Shown here one piece after another: positions 20,912 to 31,239 of a stretch of 64,000 nt of DNA. Every line of letters begins with the position of its first letter. Position 1 is the stretch's first letter. This DNA is from Spirochaetia bacterium. GTDB lineage: Bacteria; Spirochaetota; Spirochaetia; UBA9216. The notes below the pieces were generated by a model, which did not search any database, had not been told where the DNA came from, and saw only the letters and a program-made list of their open reading frames with translations. The translations under genes were made by a program, and so were the position numbers. The DNA lies in assembly GCA_963677925.2 (NCBI GenBank), contig CAXXYH010000003.1, positions 64,001 through 128,000 of the forward strand, in the 5' to 3' direction.

Positions 20912-23302
20912 TTATAATCTCGACTCTATAAGACTTAATGTATCTTGAATTAAATTATCTAACTCTGAAACTGTTATTGTATTTGGGTTCATTCCAAGTG
21001 TTGTATAATCTGGATTAGGGTCACCATGATGAGGTTTCCAAGAAACCCCATTGATTAAGTTTAATTTCAAAATAATATCAGATCTATTTGCATTGTCTCT
21101 AAATGTTACTGGATAATTATTTAAGAAAGAAATAAGCCTTCCAAAAGTCTGCTGACTCGACATAGAGCGAATTTCTTTATAAAATTTAAACCGTAAATGA
21201 GACTCTAGTACATTTCTTAACCAACCTAGAACAGAATCTTTTAAATTAATGTCTGGGTTCCTTCTAAATTCTTCTAATTTTTCGATATGTTTAAAGTAAT
21301 CAATTTTGACTAATTCATTTAAATCACATAGCTCAATTCTTGAAGCTTTTGCAACAAAATCTTCAGTAATACGTAGGGTACATTTATTTGAAGCATTGAT
21401 ATCTTTACCAATTTCATGAAGAAAATACTCATTGTGACTTAAAACAACGATTTGTTTTAAATCATTAAAAAGAGCCCTAATTAGCCCAATGGTATATGTT
21501 CTTCTGTTTGTATCCAAACTTGACAATGGATCGTCAAAAATCAGTATTTTATTTTGCCTATTTGAATCTATATCAAGTTTTGACAAAAAGAACGAAAGAG
21601 CAATTGTACTTTTATCTCCCTCACTTAAGCATTCTTTTGCATTAAATGGTTCGTTGGGTATAAATGAAATATCTTGTCCATCAATTGTTAGCTTATAACT
21701 TATTTTACTTTGAGTAGCTCTACCCCTGGGTGCAATATGGTTTACATCTTCAATTTTAAATGGTGTTCTAAATACATTCTCCAAGTAATGGTTTATTCTT
21801 ATTTGATAATTACTGAAGAATGTAGAAGCCGCTTGCTCTTGTTGCTGAGATAATTGTGTATAAATAGTTTCAAGATCTCTAAGTTTCTGCCTTTCAGTAC
21901 TAAGTTGATCACAAAGAGTATTAATCGGAACTTCAAATCTCTTTTTTATCCTTTTTAGACTATCAAGTTCACTTTGTGCATTTTGCACAGACTTTATACT
22001 CGAACGAAAGGTAGATATTTCCGAATTATATTTGATAACAGTTTGATTATATTCATTTATTTTTGAAGATATAATTTGAAATTTCTCCCTAATATCATCA
22101 ATTGTGGATATATCAATAGCAACTGTGGGATTTTGGATTTTACTCTGAACTAAATCAATTGCGGTTTGAAATTCAGATTTTAAATTTTCTTCATCTTCAA
22201 TAAAACTAAATTCTGGGATCTGGACAGTCTCTGGCAAATGTAATGACCAAGTTTCTATTAAACTCAAATTCAGCGTATGGATATTAATTATTGATTGTAT
22301 TTTGGCTTCAATATTAAAACTCTGAAGTTTTTCTTTATATTCATTTAATCTTCTAATCAGATCATTAAAGGCTGTATCAAATTTACTTGTATAGGCATTT
22401 ATTATATCTGAATTAAAATCAAGAGATTGCCTACAAAAAGGACATAGCTGATTAAGCTCATTATTTGCTTGCTTTTTTTTCACATAAGAATAGCCTTTCT
22501 GTAGCCAGTTTTCAGATCCATCAAGATTGTTATTCGTTAATTCTTCACAATGTTGATTGTACAAAGCTTCTAGTGCAGCATTTTGAATTGTTTTCGATGT
22601 AATTTGTAAGTCAGAAGTTATAGGATTTAAATCTAATCTCGAAATTTCATCAGTAATTTTGGAAAGGGTTTGAAAACTCTGAATAAAAGCATTTGCATTT
22701 GCACTTGCTAGTGCAGCTTCTGCATTAGAAATTTGTTGATCTATATCATTTTTTTGGGAGGGAGGAATATTTAGAAAACGATTAATTAAGTCATCTGTTA
22801 AATTATTTCCAACTTGTTGAATTAATTCTGATTTTAAGCTTGTTTGAACTTGTCTTGAGTTGGTCTTTGCTGCTTTATTTTGTTCAATCTGATTCTGGAC
22901 AGCAACGCCTTGAGCTCCAATAACAAAATTATGAAGTTGCTTTCTTTGTTCATCATTGAAATCAAATCCTGAGTATATATTTTCATTAATAAAATGAATA
23001 TCAAAGACTTCTATATCCGAAAAAGGAATTGACCAACCAGATGTTCCAAATGTATGGAAAATATTAGGAGATCCAACTTCACTAATTTGTGCAGACTGTG
23101 GATCGGAATGATTTGTAGAAATTCTATTTCTAATTATTTCTGGATCATTATTGGATACTGAACGAAATATCGATGACAAAGTTGTTTTACCTCCGCCATT
23201 ATCACCATAAATCAAAGTCAATTTCTTAAAATTTACTGGACCTGATGCTTGATAATTGCGATATTTTCCAATGGAGATGATTTTTTCTATTTTATTAATC
23301 AT
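20912..23302 (-). CDS. Cassette: AAA_13/RloC-like ABC ATPase with zinc hook (putative anticodon nuclease)
   Basis: GDNGGGKT, CPFC hook, LSEGDK, FDDPLSSLD, VLSHN, RNVLE. Confidence 0.75.
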   Translation of the reverse strand: MINKIEKIISIGKYRNYQASGPVNFKKLTLIYGDNGGGKTTLSSIFRSVSNNDPEIIRNRISTNHSDPQSAQISEVGSPNIFHTFGTSGWSIPFSDIEVFDIHFINENIYSGFDFNDEQRKQLHNFVIGAQGVAVQNQIEQNKAAKTNSRQVQTSLKSELIQQVGNNLTDDLINRFLNIPPSQKNDIDQQISNAEAALASANANAFIQSFQTLSKITDEISRLDLNPITSDLQITSKTIQNAALEALYNQHCEELTNNNLDGSENWLQKGYSYVKKKQANNELNQLCPFCRQSLDFNSDIINAYTSKFDTAFNDLIRRLNEYKEKLQSFNIEAKIQSIINIHTLNLSLIETWSLHLPETVQIPEFSFIEDEENLKSEFQTAIDLVQSKIQNPTVAIDISTIDDIREKFQIISSKINEYNQTVIKYNSEISTFRSSIKSVQNAQSELDSLKRIKKRFEVPINTLCDQLSTERQKLRDLETIYTQLSQQQEQAASTFFSNYQIRINHYLENVFRTPFKIEDVNHIAPRGRATQSKISYKLTIDGQDISFIPNEPFNAKECLSEGDKSTIALSFFLSKLDIDSNRQNKILIFDDPLSSLDTNRRTYTIGLIRALFNDLKQIVVLSHNEYFLHEIGKDINASNKCTLRITEDFVAKASRIELCDLNELVKIDYFKHIEKLEEFRRNPDINLKDSVLGWLRNVLESHLRFKFYKEIRSMSSQQTFGRLISFLNNYPVTFRDNANRSDIILKLNLINGVSWKPHHGDPNPDYTTLGMNPNTITVSELDNLIQDTLSLIESRL

Positions 23303-23356
23303 TCATCTATCCTGTTATTGTATTCTTTTGTATTTAACATACTCATACTTCTGTAT

Positions 23357-23494
23357 GCATAACGACGATTTGAGTAGCGAAACCGGCCGAGTCTTCGAGG
23401 CTTGGCGCAGTTCTGGAACGTAGCGCGATCAGCGCGGAGTGTCTCTGCCAGAACTGTGACAAAGGTTTTGACTACTCCAAATCTCTTGTTCTAC
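23357..23494 (-). repeat. attC family A
   Basis: gcataac...gttctac. Confidence 0.9.
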
Positions 23495-24765
23495 AGATTT
23501 TTCTCTAAATTCTCAATCTTCATATTAATCATATCATTTTTATTATCTCTAACAACCTTAAATAATACCTCATTTTTATCACATAATATTTTCTTAACTA
23601 ATTCAACTTCTTCTTTTGTTGTATTAATTCCAAATATAATTTCCTTAATTTCAGGCGCTTCAATTTTATCTTTTTTCATATTATAACTAATCATTCTATA
23701 TTCATTTTCATAACACCATTCATTATTCTTGATCAAAAATGAATCTTCTAGTAGCCCTTCATATTCTTCAGGATTCTTATTAATAAATTCATGTTTTTTG
23801 TATTTAACTTTTTCAAAAATTACATTATTTTCTTTACAATATTTATCATCTATTATGTATCCAATACATATTCCTTTATGTGAATCAGCATAATGGCTCC
23901 ACATAAGTATCGAATTTTCATATGATGAAAAACATGTAACTCGTATTTTATCTAAAACGTTTGAAAGTGATTTATGATTTCGATAGTTATCTCCTCTATA
24001 TATAGGACAATCAAAAGGATCATTAAACTGTTTAGGGTCATTAAAAAACAAATTTTCATTAATCAAATCAACAATTGTATATTTATCTAATTTGATATAT
24101 TTATAAAACATTTTATTAAAATTATACTTTTGTAATTTCTGATCCATTAGAATTGTAATTGATTTTTCGTAATAATTTTCTGCTTGCTCAATATTTCCTA
24201 AATTATTATATACTAACGCTAAATGTGTATAAGTAACATAATCCTGGTCATCAATATCTAAAGCCTTTTCAAGATTATCTTTTGCCATTTCTAATAGCTC
24301 ATTTTTTTCTTTTATATCTATCTTTTTTTCTGAAACAGCGGCTTGTATTCTTCCCAGCTCTTGTAATGCTATTATTAGAGGTAAATTATTACTAATATTT
24401 GAATTATTTTCATACGTATTAATTATCTCACCGTATATATCAACAGCTTTTTGTAAATTTGATATATTCTTATATGAATTCGCCATAATCATTTTAGTAG
24501 AATTTAGTATATATAATAATTCTCCTTTAGCTATCCCCAAGTCCGTATTATTTAACTTTTCAATAATCTTATTACCACAATCAATATTTTTTTCATAATC
24601 GTTTTTTGAATTATAGCGGCCAAACAACTCTATATATATTGGTAAGCTTTGAGTTTTATTATTATGTAATTCTTTTAAGAGGTTGTCTAATTCAATTATT
24701 GCTTTCTCATCATCTTCAATTTGTTCAATCTCATTTAGTTTCTTTTCATACTCGTAATTGTTCAT
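23491..24765 (-). CDS. Cassette: TPR + DUF2971-like protein
   Basis: TPR helices; FNDPFD, MWSHYADSHKGICI, WCYENEYR. Confidence 0.8.
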   Translation of the reverse strand: MNNYEYEKKLNEIEQIEDDEKAIIELDNLLKELHNNKTQSLPIYIELFGRYNSKNDYEKNIDCGNKIIEKLNNTDLGIAKGELLYILNSTKMIMANSYKNISNLQKAVDIYGEIINTYENNSNISNNLPLIIALQELGRIQAAVSEKKIDIKEKNELLEMAKDNLEKALDIDDQDYVTYTHLALVYNNLGNIEQAENYYEKSITILMDQKLQKYNFNKMFYKYIKLDKYTIVDLINENLFFNDPKQFNDPFDCPIYRGDNYRNHKSLSNVLDKIRVTCFSSYENSILMWSHYADSHKGICIGYIIDDKYCKENNVIFEKVKYKKHEFINKNPEEYEGLLEDSFLIKNNEWCYENEYRMISYNMKKDKIEAPEIKEIIFGINTTKEEVELVKKILCDKNEVLFKVVRDNKNDMINMKIENLEKNL

Positions 24766-24812
24766 AATACTATTTTACCTTTTTAAAAACATTAATACCA
24801 ATTCTGAATTCT

Positions 24813-24949
24813 GTAGAACGACCAAATAAGTAGCGAAACCGGCCGAGGGCTTCCGAGGCTTGGCGCGGTTTCTGAGCGAGGAGTATTCGACGAGCGTCTC
24901 CGCAGAAACCGTGCCAAAGGTTTTGACTACTTCATTTGATGTGTTAAAT
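24813..24949 (-). repeat. attC family A
   Basis: gtagaac...gttaaat. Confidence 0.88.
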
Positions 24950-24987
24950 ACCGATCAAACCATAGTACACGGATGTACTATGGTTTT

Positions 24988-25788
24988 TTATCTTAAATTC
25001 TCTAAAATTTGCTCTCTAAAATAATTAATTGACTTTTCCAAACCTTCTATTGTCTTTGTTTCTAAAATTATTGATTTTACATCTGTTCGCGTTGATTCTA
25101 ATATTTTCATAATATCTATTTCTCCAGTTCCTAATGGAAGGTGATTATTTTTCCCAATCGCATCATGTAGATGAAGATGAATTATCTTTTCAATATTCTT
25201 CAAATAACAATTCTTATCTTTTTCTCCACTGGAAAAATCATGCCCGACATCCCAGGTAAGCCTAAAACTGTCATATTCTATTAATAAATCTACTGCTTCT
25301 TTAATAAACTTTTTATCCAAAACTCCGGTATTTTCTATACATATTTTTATATTAGTATTTCTTAATTTCTTATTTATCTTTTCTCCAAATTCTTTGCTTA
25401 AATCAAGATATCTTTCTTTATTTTCTTCAAATATAAATCTTTTTTCATCTGGTAAAGTGAAATATATTCCTTCATTCATATGCATATTCAGTATTTCTAT
25501 ATTTTTAATCAGAGATACTTCTATCAATTCATCGATTGTCTCTAAATAAGTATTTTTTATCTTTCCATTATAATCCCATATATTAAATTCTTCTGGAAGA
25601 TGAATTGAAAACCTAATGTTTTTATTTACATCTATTTTCTTTATATTTTCTATTTGTAGATAGGGTAAATTCATGTTTAGTTCTATTAAAGATAGTCCAA
25701 GCCTTTTACATAATTCTATATTTTCTTCAAAAGAGTACAGTTCAATAAGTGTAGGCATTCCTAAAAGGACGTTTTCATTTAATGACAT
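24988..25788 (-). CDS. Cassette: sugar-phosphate isomerase/epimerase (xylose-isomerase-like TIM barrel)
   Basis: IENT, WDVGHD, HLHLHD, HLPLGTG; start moved to MSLNE because the upstream frame runs through a hairpin. Confidence 0.8.
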   Translation of the reverse strand: MSLNENVLLGMPTLIELYSFEENIELCKRLGLSLIELNMNLPYLQIENIKKIDVNKNIRFSIHLPEEFNIWDYNGKIKNTYLETIDELIEVSLIKNIEILNMHMNEGIYFTLPDEKRFIFEENKERYLDLSKEFGEKINKKLRNTNIKICIENTGVLDKKFIKEAVDLLIEYDSFRLTWDVGHDFSSGEKDKNCYLKNIEKIIHLHLHDAIGKNNHLPLGTGEIDIMKILESTRTDVKSIILETKTIEGLEKSINYFREQILENLR

Positions 25789-25889
25789 ATTTTCTATTCT
25801 TCTCTTTGCCATGGACGGCAAAGAGTCTTCTTTCCCCCACAAAAAAATCTATTACTTTTAAAATATCCCAAATCTGAGAAACTTCGTGT

Positions 25890-26036
25890 ATTTAACGACG
25901 AAATAAGTTGCGCCCTCGATCCTGGAGCGAAGCGGAAGGAATTGGCGTGATTCTGGAGTGGAGCGCGATCAGCGCGGAACGTCTTTAGCCAGAATCATGA
26001 CAATAGACGGCGACAACTTCATTTCATTTGTTATGC
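25890..26036 (-). repeat. attC family A
   Basis: atttaac...gttatgc. Confidence 0.9.
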
Positions 26037-26047
26037 AGCTATTTCGA

Positions 26048-27067
26048 TTATGAAATTTTAGCTCCATTTCTATTTTTCTTTCCTAAGAAGTAACCGTAGA
26101 TTAAGTTAATTACTATTGCAACAGAAAACACTAATACTAACATTTTCAAGGAATATGAATTTCCTGAGCGCAGATTTAAAAATAAGATGCCAATAAAGAA
26201 GAGTATCGCACTTTCAATAGTAACAGCTAATTGTAACCAACTATGTGCAGAAAATGGCCATGGTAGACCTTGCTCCTTTCTACTCAAATTTTGATGAATT
26301 CTAAAACGAAATAATGCATACCCAAAAATTTGCAATATTAAACCTAATATTATATAGAGAATTCCTATTGCAAGTAGCATACTAATTCCATTTTCATTAG
26401 GCCAATTCATATTTTTCACTGTAATTGATCCAATGAAAGAGATTGCTAGTGTAAATATAGCTGTAGCCCAAGCAGGAACTTGCCATATTAAGTTATCGAA
26501 GTGCTTATATTCAGTACTATATGAAGGTGGATTCTCTTTTGTGTAGTGATTAAAAACTGAAAAATAATTTCTTAGTGACGTTCGTTTTAATTCATCTTTT
26601 TTCTTATCTTTATTTTGTTTTAAATTATATTTAGATTCTAATTCAGTCTTAAATTCTTCAAAGGTTATCGATGTATCTTCATGCCAATCAGACATAGATA
26701 CATCACCATGTTTAACTGTATGCATAATTGTGTCAGGAAATGTATAGATATTATGAGGGACATTTGGTTCTGTTGTAAAAATACCATTTTCATTTATTAT
26801 TTCTTCATACCATTTATTTTCTTTATTGAAAGCATAGATAACTTTTCCTGATTGAATTATATATGTTTCTCCAAAATATTTATGATAGTGAGGTTTTTGC
26901 CAAACACCTTCATCTTTAGATATAGTCATAATATATCCATATTTGCCTTTCTGATTTAAATAAAAACGTACTTCTCCATTTTTCATTTTCTGATTATAAG
27001 TCTTAATCCCAAACTTCAATTTTCTTATTGTTCTACTAATAATTCCTACCATTTTTTTCACCTTCAA
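26048..27067 (-). CDS. Cassette: cupin domain fused to a 4-TM domain
   Basis: HYH...ETYII.SG...PNVPHN cupin motif; four hydrophobic segments. Confidence 0.7.
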   Translation of the reverse strand: MKVKKMVGIISRTIRKLKFGIKTYNQKMKNGEVRFYLNQKGKYGYIMTISKDEGVWQKPHYHKYFGETYIIQSGKVIYAFNKENKWYEEIINENGIFTTEPNVPHNIYTFPDTIMHTVKHGDVSMSDWHEDTSITFEEFKTELESKYNLKQNKDKKKDELKRTSLRNYFSVFNHYTKENPPSYSTEYKHFDNLIWQVPAWATAIFTLAISFIGSITVKNMNWPNENGISMLLAIGILYIILGLILQIFGYALFRFRIHQNLSRKEQGLPWPFSAHSWLQLAVTIESAILFFIGILFLNLRSGNSYSLKMLVLVFSVAIVINLIYGYFLGKKNRNGAKIS

Positions 27068-27525
27068 CCTATTATTTACAAAATAGGTATAGAGATATTG
27101 CCTTTATTGAATATTATCATAATTACTGCAATTTTATTATTTTATTCTTGCTTGCTTCTTATCCTTTGTATATTTGTTCGTTTGTTAAGACCGAGCTTTG
27201 TATACAAATTTCTAATAACCACATGTACAAATTTTCTTGCATTTCTATCATTTTAAGGCTGTTTTCAGCCCCTGGGAACTATATTTTATAAATAATTCTA
27301 TCAAGCTTAGCTTGAAATAGACAATTATTAGTTAAGTCCTTGGACAGTTAAGACTTATTGATTTGTAATGTAATGAAAAATCAATAAGTCCCTTAATTTT
27401 TAAAACTCTTTTCGGTGTATTATCTTAATCAGGAGCTAATCTCATCTCTTTTTCTTAATAAATCATAGCTGTACACTAATCTATTAGAATTGTGTTGACC
27501 AAGCTACCGGCGTTACCTGTTGTCT

Positions 27526-27667
27526 GCATAACGACCAAATAAGTTGCGCCCTCGATCCTGAGCGAAGCGAAGGAATTGGCACTGTTTCTGAGTGAGGGCC
27601 ATTGCCCGAACGTCTTTAGCAGAAACCGTGACAATAGACGGCGACAACTTCATTTCATTTGTTATAT
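27526..27667 (-). repeat. attC family A
   Basis: gcataac...gttatat. Confidence 0.9.
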
Positions 27668-27695
27668 GCCGTTAATACCAGACCGCACGACGGAG

Positions 27696-28319
27696 TCAAG
27701 GGCTGGTTTCTAATTCTTGATTTTCCAACCTCTCTTTAATTTTATTATAAACTTCATATTTATCTAAATCAGGATTTAAAACAATTTCTATCAAATAATC
27801 ATATTCTATCATTCTCATTGACATAATTTTATCCAGATCAACAGTATTCCATTTTTCTTCAGTCATATCTGGTTCAGTTGGTAATTCAACCTCGATTATC
27901 CACCACTTATCAATCTTAGCGATCAATCTTTTTATTTCAAACAAATATTTCGTATTTATCTCTTTTTCAGAATCTGATAAATATTTAAATAATTCATGAG
28001 CGACTTCATTTCTATGAATTGTTATTTCTTCAATTATTTTCACTTCATTATCATTTATTATTTTACGATTTTGCAACCATTTTATTGAACTTTGAAATTT
28101 TCTTTTTTTAGGATCTAATTCTAATACATTCAGGATGTATCTATCACTATATGTTGTTTTATTATTTTTATATCCGTTAATATAGAAAGATTTCAAATTC
28201 TCCACTATTGATTCTTTTAAAAGTTCATATCCGGTTAAAAACAAAGAAGCAGTTATAAAATTAGCAAATAAACTATCAGGATTTAGAAATTTTAGCCAAT
28301 CGTTATCAGATTTGGTCAT
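27696..28319 (-). CDS. Cassette: hypothetical protein, HEPN-like RxxxxH
   Basis: RNEVAH motif. Confidence 0.6.
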   Translation of the reverse strand: MTKSDNDWLKFLNPDSLFANFITASLFLTGYELLKESIVENLKSFYINGYKNNKTTYSDRYILNVLELDPKKRKFQSSIKWLQNRKIINDNEVKIIEEITIHRNEVAHELFKYLSDSEKEINTKYLFEIKRLIAKIDKWWIIEVELPTEPDMTEEKWNTVDLDKIMSMRMIEYDYLIEIVLNPDLDKYEVYNKIKERLENQELETSP

Positions 28320-28945
28320 AGTTTCTCTTCATCTTTTATCTTCTCTACAATCAAGTCGAAATCTTCTTGCGTATTACTAAGTAATAATTTAGCAATTTCA
28401 GTATTTTTCATTTCCAAATATTCTTGCACTTCATTAAACTGCTGAGAATTATTCCCCATAGACCAGGCCGCAGAAACACGAGTGTAAAATAAATTCTTCT
28501 CAAAATCTTTTAAAGAAGAACCATCAATAATTTTATATAATATTTTTAAATATTTAACATCACCATATGCAAAATATGATGCCCAAATCATATCATTCAA
28601 CTCTGGGCTGTAATTTTCTTTAACATAATAATCGTCTATATTAGTTCTTGAAATTGTATTAAAATAGCCTTTTACTTTTTCATTTGCTTTTTCATCAATT
28701 ACAGCCATAATATCTTTCTTAATATTGTCATCTTCGAATAAAGTTGAATAAAAAGCCAAATATATATTTGTTAATTCTGGGCTTAACTCATCCACATCTT
28801 GAAAATAATCTATTGTGATATCAACAATTTCATTTGTTCTATTTTGAAAAAAGTGCATTATATATATCGTAAAATCTTCTGAACTAATTGAAAATAGATT
28901 AGAAGCTGTTAGTAACAATGTAATTATTAATAATATCTTTTTCAC
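28316..28945 (-). CDS. Cassette: secreted hypothetical protein
   Basis: N-terminal signal peptide; overlaps next gene (ATGA). Confidence 0.7.
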   Translation of the reverse strand: MKKILLIITLLLTASNLFSISSEDFTIYIMHFFQNRTNEIVDITIDYFQDVDELSPELTNIYLAFYSTLFEDDNIKKDIMAVIDEKANEKVKGYFNTISRTNIDDYYVKENYSPELNDMIWASYFAYGDVKYLKILYKIIDGSSLKDFEKNLFYTRVSAAWSMGNNSQQFNEVQEYLEMKNTEIAKLLLSNTQEDFDLIVEKIKDEEKL

Positions 28946-29081
28946 CTTTCATCTACTCCTTGACTCATTTTTTTTAAATCTTCATAGCCCGTCGGCCGGA
29001 GGTCCGGGCTATTTCTTTGGTCTTATTTTACACCCACCTGCGAATATATTCTAATACTTTTAGCTATATCTAAATTCGTGC

Positions 29082-29220
29082 ATATAACGACGATTTGAGT
29101 AGCGAAACCGGCCGAGTCTTCGAGGCTTGGCGCAGTTCTGGAACGTAGCGCGATCAGCGCGGAGTGTCTTTAGCCAGAACTGTGACAAAGGTTTTGACTA
29201 CTCCAAATCTCTTGTTATAA
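29082..29220 (-). repeat. attC family A
   Basis: atataac...gttataa. Confidence 0.9.
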
Positions 29221-29228
29221 AGCAATCT

Positions 29229-30290
29229 TCATATTTCTAAATATTTTAAAATAATCTCACATCTTTGTAGTATAGATAGCGCATCATTAGTGCCTTGTTG
29301 TGTCATATTAAAATAATCATATAATTCATAATTAGCTTTATCGAATTCATTTTCTGCAATTTCTCTATTATCCTGAACTTTATCAACAAATTCTTCAAAA
29401 TGCTTTCTACTTATTTTTGTAACCAAATTCCTTTTAATTAACTCATCAAATACTAGATAGAAAACAACCATATTACCTTGTGCTGATAACAATTTATCAT
29501 TATCAATAAAAATATTAGTCATTACATCTAATTTTCGAATTACTTCTTTTGTCAATTCATTAACAAATTTTTTATTTCCACTTTTATATCTTTTAGTTAT
29601 ATCGTCTAAGAAAACTTTCTTTGTATCAATCAATTTTTCATTTTTACTCAATTTCTCTTGAGTTAATAATAATCTACAAGCGATTTCTCTATGTTGATAT
29701 CTTTTGTTAGTAAATTTAACTTTTTCTTTAAAAAACTTATGATTAGCTACTTTTCTTATTGATACAACAAAATCTCCACCTAAGGCGTTTCGTTTCTCAG
29801 CTGAATTTAGTGGAGCAGCTTCATTTAGCCTAGAAAACATTTCTTCTATTAAATCTATCTCATCTGTTCTTACTAAAACAATAGGTAAAACAAATGAATC
29901 GAATATAATTTTTATCTTTGGATATTTTTTTGAAATATCATTATAACTCATTCCACTTAAATTTATTTCCTTATTTTTTAAGTATTCGAAATTTTTATCC
30001 AAGGTAAATTTATTTTCAATAAAATCCCAAATTGTTTCTAATCTTTGTTTGCCATCTATTACAGAGTAAGAAAACCCAGATTTCAATTTTTCATCTTGTT
30101 CATAAACATGAAAATATAGTTTAGGTATATCATATTCATTAATTATTGAATCAATTAACAATTTCTTTTTATCTTCTGTCCAAATCTGACTATTTCTTTG
30201 ATAGTCAGGATCTAACACAAGTTCATCTTTTTCTGAATAAATTCGTAAAATTGCGCTATTTGTTAACTCATAAGTATCAATGAAACTCAT
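29229..30290 (-). CDS. Cassette: DUF262 (ParB/GmrS-like) protein
   Basis: PDYQR...W, VIDGKQRL, FSRLN. Confidence 0.85.
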   Translation of the reverse strand: MSFIDTYELTNSAILRIYSEKDELVLDPDYQRNSQIWTEDKKKLLIDSIINEYDIPKLYFHVYEQDEKLKSGFSYSVIDGKQRLETIWDFIENKFTLDKNFEYLKNKEINLSGMSYNDISKKYPKIKIIFDSFVLPIVLVRTDEIDLIEEMFSRLNEAAPLNSAEKRNALGGDFVVSIRKVANHKFFKEKVKFTNKRYQHREIACRLLLTQEKLSKNEKLIDTKKVFLDDITKRYKSGNKKFVNELTKEVIRKLDVMTNIFIDNDKLLSAQGNMVVFYLVFDELIKRNLVTKISRKHFEEFVDKVQDNREIAENEFDKANYELYDYFNMTQQGTNDALSILQRCEIILKYLEI

Positions 30291-31015
30291 TTCAAATCCC
30301 CTTTGATTATTTCGCCAATACTTGACAATTCCGGAAATAATTGGAATTTTGTAATTCCAAGATATCTTAATTCTTCAATTAAATCGTTCTTAGTATTTGA
30401 TGCTATTATATACTTTTTAATATGACTTTTATCACCTATCTCTTCAATTGGTGTTTTATTACGATGACTTATTGTGAAAACACCTAATTGAGCTTGAATC
30501 CTATCATTATTCCTTGTAGCTATTGAAGCCATTGGTAATAATTTACTCGTCGTTTCTTGTTGAAGACTTTCAACTGAATAATTCTTTAGATAATCCGATT
30601 CAAATGATGGTATAAAATTCTTCTCTTTTGAGTCTATTCCGGCATTAATATTTAATTGTGTTGGTTTCAATACCCATAAAGCAGCATCCTTTTTCTTATG
30701 CTTTGATTCATTAATAGCAAAATATAATGCTACTAAAGCACTTTCCGACCAATCTAGTAAACGAGTAGGAACACCATAATGCTGCATTAAAAACAGCCAA
30801 TCGAAACTTTCCTTTGGTTTGTCTGATAATAACATCATGGCATTTTGTTTAAACCGCACAAGTAAACTATTTTCTGAAGGAGCTTTTGACAACCTCAAAT
30901 AATTTGGTAATAGTGGCCAAGTTTCATTTGCTTGTCCCCTAAACCATAATGGACCATTGTAATCAATATAATCTCTCTTTAATGTACTAACGAGATCTCC
31001 AATACTGTTTATCAT
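30287..31015 (-). CDS. Cassette: FRG-domain protein
   Basis: WFRGQ, MQHYGVPTRLLDWS, RIQAQLGVF. Confidence 0.9.
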   Translation of the reverse strand: MINSIGDLVSTLKRDYIDYNGPLWFRGQANETWPLLPNYLRLSKAPSENSLLVRFKQNAMMLLSDKPKESFDWLFLMQHYGVPTRLLDWSESALVALYFAINESKHKKKDAALWVLKPTQLNINAGIDSKEKNFIPSFESDYLKNYSVESLQQETTSKLLPMASIATRNNDRIQAQLGVFTISHRNKTPIEEIGDKSHIKKYIIASNTKNDLIEELRYLGITKFQLFPELSSIGEIIKGDLK

Positions 31016-31096
31016 TCATTTCTCCATCAATAGAGCATTTTTATTATTAAACCACCAAAACTATATTATAACAATTATTTATTCATTTTTTTGTCT

Positions 31097-31235
31097 TTAT
31101 AACGACGATTTGAGTAGCAAAACCGGCCGAGTCTTCGAGGCTTGGCGCAGTTCTGGAACGCAGCGCGATCAGCGCGGAGTGTCTTTAGCCAGAACTGTGA
31201 CAAAGGTTTTGACTACTCCAAATCTCTTGTTATGT
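31097..31235 (-). repeat. attC family A
   Basis: ttataac...gttatgt. Confidence 0.9.
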
Positions 31236-31239
31236 ACAT

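Noticed and set aside
24957-24986. Treating the left class 2 hairpins as simple terminators
   Set aside because: The conserved loop and obligate partner at the 5' end are not explained by termination, though a secondary terminator role is possible
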